A stretch of 63,940 bases of DNA, the filler included, from Vicugna vicugna (lineage: Eukaryota): assembly GCA_013265495.1 (NCBI GenBank). It is 76 parts of 73 records of this genome, joined end to end, with 100 filler letters (N's around TTAATTAATTAA, not from the genome) between each part and the next. Parts side by side here need not be neighbours in the genome. Positions count along the whole stretch, not along the records: positions 62,509 to 63,675 come from MU062887.1; positions 63,776 to 63,940 come from MU062940.1; 74 more parts are not named here. One strand, 5' to 3'. Within the stretch, counting starts at the first letter, position 1. Every line of letters begins with the position of its first letter. Made by a program: the position numbers and the translations under genes. Shown here in pieces: positions 62,409 to 63,940 of the stretch. The notes under the pieces were generated by a model. It was not told where the DNA came from and did not search any database. It worked only from the letters and a program-made list of their open reading frames with translations.

Positions 62409-63072
62409 NNNNNNNNNNNNNNNNNNNNNNNNNNNNNNNNNNNNNNNNNNNNTTAATTAATTAANNNNNNNNNNNNNNNNNNNNNNNNNNNNNNNNNNNN
62501 NNNNNNNNGGAGGACAACCTAAGAAAGGCACAGCCAGCTGGATAAGAGATGGCATACTTAATGGAGTTCCGTGATGAACTTTAAAACATTCCTTGATCAT
62601 TTAACATCCTGTGCTTACTGCAGTAGAATGGGGAGATAAATAGCTTAAGATTATTATCATTGTTATAACTTAAATGATATGTGAGGCATTGTGTATGTCC
62701 TATATAAAGCCTTCTTCTTAGAATCAAAAACAGAGAACTGCTTCGTTTCTCTCCACACAGTGTTTGTGTGTAAATGATATCGTGCCACTGACAGGGTTAA
62801 TTTAATTTGATGGNNNNNNNNNNNNNNNNNNNNNNNNNNNNNNNNNNNNNNNNNNNNNNNNNNNNNNNNNNNNNNNNNNNNNNNNNNNNNNNNNNNNNNN
62901 NNNNNNNNNNNNNNNNNNNNNNNNNNNNNNNNNNNNNNNNNNNNNNNNNNNNNNNNNNNNNNNNNNNNNNNNNNNNNNNNNNNNNNNNNNNNNNNNNNNN
63001 NNNNNNNNNNNNNNNNNNNNNNNNNNNNNNNNNNNNNNNNNNNNNNNNNNNNNNNNNNNNNNNNNNNNNNNT

Positions 63073-63675
63073 TGCATATAATGTCCTTTCTATCACTGTT
63101 ATGCATATAAAGCTGGCATCATAAAACATGTTTGAAATCTTTCACACCCTTCAAATTCTTGGAAGATTTGGGGAAGAATTGGTGAGAAATTTTCTTCAAA
63201 TGAATGACAGTAAAGACCAGTAAAGTCGTCTTGCAAATATTTTCTTGTTTGGGAAGTTTGGATTATTGATTTACTCCTATACACTTTTGCTCTATTTAAC
63301 ATTCTTATTTCTTCTTGATTCAGTATTGGAAGACATATGTTACTGGGAATTTGTCTTTTGTTGTAAGTCATTCAAATCGTTGTCTAGTGGTAATTTCTTA
63401 TGATGCTTTGCATCTCTACAACATCAGTGGTAATATATTCTCTTTTATTTCTAAGTTTAATTGAGTCTTTAATTTCTTTATCAGCCTAAACTTTTGTCCA
63501 CTTTATGTTTAAAAGAAAAAGACTAAGCTATATTTTTTTCATATTTTCAATTGTTTCTCTTATTTTCCTTACTATCATTCATTCAATTATCTTTTTTTTC
63601 TTTCAGTTTTCCCTAGAATTTGAGGTGAATAGTTAAGTAGTGTGAATCTTTGTATTTCATTTATTACTAAATTTT
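63073..63675 (-). mobile_element. Degraded L1 ORF2 fragment
   Basis: Minus-strand LPILNQEEIRMLNR..DDFTG..FEENFSPILPQIFQ resembles L1 ORF2p. Confidence 0.85.
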
Positions 63676-63782
63676 NNNNNNNNNNNNNNNNNNNNNNNNN
63701 NNNNNNNNNNNNNNNNNNNTTAATTAATTAANNNNNNNNNNNNNNNNNNNNNNNNNNNNNNNNNNNNNNNNNNNNCTTCCAG

Positions 63783-63854
63783 GTGTCCTGAGGCGTCATC
63801 CTGTCTTTGGAAGTAACAGAACTCTCTTCGACCATAACCTGTGCCAAGGGCTGG
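63783..63854 (+). CDS. Candidate 72-nt symmetric (phase 1-1) internal exon of an unidentified gene
   Basis: CTTCCAG| acceptor and G|GTGAGT consensus donor; only one frame is open: VLRRHPVFGSNRTLFDHNLCQGL. Confidence 0.5.
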
Positions 63855-63940
63855 GTGAGTGGATGTTTCCATTGCTCTGTTCATGGGAGCGAGTGAGTGC
63901 AGGTTGCACTTCTTCTCTGCCAACTGGGCATCGATGAATC

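Noticed and set aside
827..63731. Regularly interspaced TTAATTAATTAA palindrome resembling a CRISPR-like or recombination-site array
   Set aside because: It is always centred in exactly 44+44 Ns, so it is an artificial assembly linker. The DNA is mammalian and there are no cas-like genes.

Overview
This window is not contiguous genome. It is a concatenation of about 76 small unplaced scaffolds (about 0.15-1.5 kb, many with internal N gaps), joined by about 75 copies of an artificial 100-bp spacer (N44-TTAATTAATTAA-N44, stop codons in all six frames). The DNA is mammalian and most likely camelid, because it carries a Vic-1-type tRNA-derived SINE and artiodactyl-type L1 ends. About 30 fragments are satellite DNA in five families: A (GC-rich 267-bp monomer), B (249-bp monomer), C (741-bp trimer of diverged ~247-bp monomers), D (heteromeric ~260-270-bp monomers) and E (AGAATAT heptamer). 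The rest is L1, LTR, DNA-transposon and MIR debris, two CpG-island-like pieces, simple repeats and a few candidate isolated exons. No complete gene is present, and most listed ORFs are artefacts of N runs or repeats. The most interesting observation is that B is homologous to C, A is homologous to D, and all four may descend from one ancestral monomer. I found no convincing novel protein-coding system. Repeat family names come from recalled consensus sequences, not from a database search.
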